DNA of 63,715 nt, counting the filler, from Sphacelaria rigidula (Eukaryota), in assembly GCA_964200075.2 (NCBI GenBank). It is 8 parts of 8 records of this genome, joined end to end, with 100 filler letters (N's around TTAATTAATTAA, not from the genome) between each part and the next. Parts side by side here need not be neighbours in the genome. Positions count along the whole stretch, not along the records: positions 55,840 to 63,715 come from CAXNAA020013134.1; 7 more parts are not named here. The stretch is one strand, 5' to 3'. Position 1 is the stretch's first letter, and every line of letters begins with the position of its first letter. The notes under the pieces are model-generated. The model saw only the letters and a list, made by a program, of their open reading frames with translations, made no database searches and was not told where the DNA came from. Positions 59,801 to 63,715 of the stretch are shown here, one piece after another. A program made the translations under genes and the position numbers.

Positions 59801-62800
59801 TTCTACGACACCCAAAAACTGTTTTTCAAAGGGATCAAGGACGTCGTATTCGTCGCGGCTTGCGCGCCGCCGGGCGGGGGAAGAAACCCCGTATCGCCAC
59901 GCTTGCTGCGGCACTTCTCGATGGTCTGGCTTACCGCTCTGTCCAGCAATTCGCTAAACCGAATATTCCAGGTATTCGAGGGTTTTGGATGTTGTTGTTG
60001 GTACCAACTAGTTTGTACTGCTCTCATCGGTTTCAGGCTGAAAATGACGGATAAAAAACGCCAGGGACTACTCGAGCAATAGTGTTGTCGGCGTAAGTTC
60101 CCATGACATTAGCAAAGTACACTTTCTACGTTTTTAGTTTTTTTAATGCAGCGATCACTGAAATTCGAATGCTACTCGTGGGTTTATACGCTGTCCAATA
60201 TTCGAACACGTTACTCAAGAACCAACGCCCTACCGGATAGGTGAACAATGCCCACTCAATTATTGCGCCACGGTAGCGCTTAGGCACGAGGCGAAGCGTG
60301 GCAATACAGCTGCGGAATCGTCCACAAACGTGTCGGAGTTAAGGTTAGAATTGTCTGGAAGCAGACAGCATATACTGAACATAATGAGCATATATATGAT
60401 CTGAACCTCCTCCCGGCTTTTGTTTCGTTATCAGGCGGTTCTCGGAGGCTTCCTTGAGGCAACCGTCCCTGATTTGATACCCTTGACGGGACCGTTAGTG
60501 GCGGCATCGGTGAAAATCTACGAGCGTATCGCAAGCGAGCTGCTGCCGACCCCGGCCAAGAGTCACTATACATTCAACCTGCGTGATCTTTCAAAGGTAT
60601 ACGTGACGCTTTCTACGATAGCCCCCCCGAAAAAACCAGCCCGAACGGGCCACGAAAAAGATGGCCACACAGCGCCTGATGTATGGGTTCAAGCTGTACG
60701 AAGCGCTTCATATGGACGGTATTGTCGAGAACGAACCCAAACGTGGGAATTCCCAGCTACTCGTCCTGCTCGCCTTTTTCCCTTTCGATTTACGTGAAGA
60801 TTTTGCCTGCCCAAACCAGGCATTATTTTGGGGGGGGGCTATCGAAGAAACTGTCACGTCATTTCCAGTACAGTGCTTGCTCTGAGGAGAATGCGCCAAT
60901 TTATGTAGGAAGCGAGCACGGCAATTGAGTCTGAATTTCTGAACGCGACACAGGCGAGCAATTCTCAGGTGCATCTGAATCAGCACTGTGTATACCTGGT
61001 GAATACAAGCTCTGTAGCATCGGCGAAAAAACGAAACTCGCAGGGTGGTGGAACGGCCTGTACTTACGAACCAAATGGTGCGTTTGAATGCTTCTTCCAA
61101 ATGTTCAAAGGGTCGGACAAATAATGATTCGTTTGGGAATTACTTGGTTTTAGTATCATTGACTCGAATCTTACGAATCAACCCCTAGGCTTTGTTTCCA
61201 GCGTTGCGATCCAGGTACACGCAGCCCAGACATGTGGAATGGCGCAAAAGTTGCGTGGATACCCATTGGACCAGCGGTCAACGTTTTTTTCCCTTTTGGG
61301 CAATCAGGCCGAAGAAATCGTGAATTTGGCGATTCGTAGTCGTGATGATTCGTCCTAACCGTGCAAATGTGTTTGTTTGTTTGTTTTTTGCGAGAATCCA
61401 ACAGAACAGGCTCTGCGACAAATGAAGCTCGCCGGATGGCACAGCAGAAAGCTCGCAGAACACGATCTCGAGGCCGTCGCGGCTCTCACCGTGCTGCGAC
61501 GGAGCAACTGAAATCGTGATGAATGTGGACAATGGTATAGTATGCGGTCTCGAAAACTTCGGTTTGTCTCGCGATCCCTAACGCGTGACATCCCAGGTAT
61601 TCCAAGGGTTGCTGATGGTGAAGGCGGAATATGCCGATGCCCAGGACAAGCTTCTCAGGTTGTGGTGTCACGAGGAGAGTCGGGTGTTTCGTGATAGGCT
61701 TATTTCGGCAGAAGACCGAGCTTGGTTCAATGATGCGCTTCAGGTACGCAGCTGACCCGTTTTGAAGGACTTGAAACGTAGGGGGCAAAAGTTCGCCGGA
61801 AGCTCTACTCGTCTTGATCAGTTTTGACCTGAAAACGTTCCCGGTTTTCGATCTTGGGACGGGAAGGGAGGACGGAGGGACCACGTCCAACTCAAACTAC
61901 TTTTTTCAGTACTCTCCCAACTGTCTCGGATTTTGAGGGGGGGGGGCGTACTCATTTGTTGCTTGCCTTAGTCGTGTGACGGATTTTGAGGGGGGAAGTA
62001 CTACTGATAATCATGTGGGAGGAAAACTATAGCATCACACGTGAAACAGAGTCGGGAATGCCAGTGTAGGTGCAGGTATTGTTTGTCTCGGTTTCGGGAG
62101 TTATCAACTTCCTGTATCCAAGCTGTAGGTTCGTTCCACAGCGAAGTCAATATATGGTATTAGACTGTTCCAGACTTTTTTTTCGTCTTTTCAGAGTTCT
62201 GGGAATATGTCTTGTAAGAAATAGCGGGGACGGTATTGGAAAGGCGAGCCTACATCTGTGACCACGGGTCCGCGAGATCGCACTAATGCGCGGAAATAAT
62301 AATAATCATCATAATTCAGAGTGAAAATATCTCAGGATCAGAGTGTGACGGAAACTCATCTCCCCCTCCGTCTAATGTGATATCCCCTTGACTTTTTTTC
62401 GATGATTTTGTTTTATACTGCACTCTGGTCCTGTGGTAGTTGCACTCTGAAATGATCAGAAATCGTTTTCCGAAACTCGCTATTGTACATATACGCTGTT
62501 GAGACGAAAATGGGCGCAACTATTGTTGAGTCACGCTGAATGAGCTTCGGTGCCAAGACTAACGAAAGGCAGTTGGATCGGTGCCGCCCCCGTCCATCCT
62601 ACTGCAGCGTTGATAGAAACAGCAACGCAGCCATCATCATCGGAGCGTGCATGCTTCTCACGCCACGGAAACGCGCATTCTAGCTAAATTAAACCGAAGG
62701 CGTTTTTGCCCGGATGTGAATACTATTCAAACACAGAAACGACTCCGGAGCATGCATTCATTCATACCCTGTGTATCGTGACAGCCGAAATTTCAAGGGA

Positions 62801-63279
62801 CTTGCATGAGCTGACAAGTTGTAGCCGGCAGAGAATGTTCATGGTCTACCCATATGTGCTATTCATGCTTTCATAGCAGGCGCGGTACTCTAGACACGAT
62901 GGCCATTCACGCTGCACTAACGCGTTCGCCCAGCCAACGCAAACATAGACAGCCTGTCTCACCATATTTCGAGTGTTCGCAAAGTCGTCTGCTTAGTGAC
63001 ATAGCGTAGTGCACTTTCTGCAGAAACGTGCGTCGTCGTCTAGCTTTGGGCGTAAACGATGCGTACGCACTCCGAAAGTATTGGTCATCCTCCTAGGCGG
63101 AACCATGTGCGTGCACCCCACAAGCACTGGCCGCCACCCTCTTGCTTATGTAACCCACTATTATACGTACGCTTCGTTGAACTTCAAAGAGCGTGCTGGC
63201 CGAGTTCCTTGGCGTGGACTGGGACACCAAGACGTTTGCGGATCTGCTATTCGGGGACTACCTCAGCCGTGAAGACAAG
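56864..63279 (+). CDS. DNAH6: Axonemal (inner-arm, DNAH6-like) dynein heavy chain, AAA3 region; exons 56864-56994, 57465-57642, 58663-58809, 59783-59971, 60435-60596, 61597-61743, 63190-63279; partial
   Basis: [23 protein letters not shown]-loop, [75 protein letters not shown]; phase-consistent GT-AG introns. Paralog assignment is less certain than the family. Confidence 0.93.
58797..59362. repeat. Diverged tandem duplication (2 x ~285 bp) spanning a dynein exon donor
   Basis: gctccttcgtcaggtgtgcaacgcatccagtcacaa... vs gctccttcgtgaggtatacaacgcatgcagtcacaa... Confidence 0.85.
60612..60848. mobile_element. ~235-bp MITE just downstream of a dynein donor site
   Basis: tctacgatagccccccc / gggggggctatcgaaga. 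Confidence 0.8.
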
Positions 63280-63715
63280 GTGATCACGAGAACGCGAGCA
63301 TTTATTACCGACATCGTGCGCATACATCTGCTGTACTCTGGGCAGGAACAGACATCAAATAATGGGTTTTCTCCGCCGTGGTGTTGTCGTACTTCCTCGA
63401 CTGCACTGTTTCTCCTCCTTCTGTAAAATATAAATGTAGGAGGTTGATGCGGCGTACGATTACAGCCGAAAACATTGACACAGAACTAGCCATGCAAGTG
63501 AGGTTCAGTCAACGGACGGCATACACATGCTAATGCCGAAGGCGGGGAAAACCAGGAAAGTGCCCCATTCAAATGCGACGCGAGCGGAAATCCATGACCT
63601 TTTGCACTCAAAGAGGGCCACGCTTTGAAGGGCGAGGGGGGGGGGGGGTATTTTGGGCCGTTTTCTTCCACGACATGCCGCTTCAAGCGTCTTTGGACGA
63701 GGCCACCATCTGCTC

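Overview
Eukaryotic nuclear DNA. Intron-rich genes with long introns, an axonemal dynein, tRNA-derived SINEs and many MITEs suggest a stramenopile, probably a brown alga (taxon inferred, not searched). The window is not contiguous. It is eight unrelated contigs of 7876-7878 bp, sorted by size and joined by identical 100-nt linkers (44 N + TTAATTAATTAA + 44 N), so neighbourhood across linkers means nothing. Contigs 1-2 (1-7878, 7979-15856) are mostly repeats, with isolated candidate exons and a LINE RT fragment. Contig 3 (15957-23834) holds SINEs and a degenerate RTE-like LINE. Contig 4 (23935-31811) holds six exons of a coiled-coil protein gene. Contig 5 (31912-39787) is a decayed Ngaro/DIRS-type tyrosine-recombinase retrotransposon in permuted order (RT-C/RNaseH/YR, non-coding block, gag/RT-N). 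It has a MITE inserted in the RNase H and a ~2-kb array of structured repeats. Contig 6 (39888-47763) holds class I HDAC exons. Contig 7 (47864-55739) holds a signal peptide-PSI-TM-TM-LEA_2 gene divergent from a Med21-like first exon. Contig 8 (55840-63715) holds seven exons of a DNAH6-like dynein heavy chain. The best candidate for an undescribed system is the hairpin-conserving repeat array between the recombinase and gag in contig 5. All calls were made by eye, with no database search.
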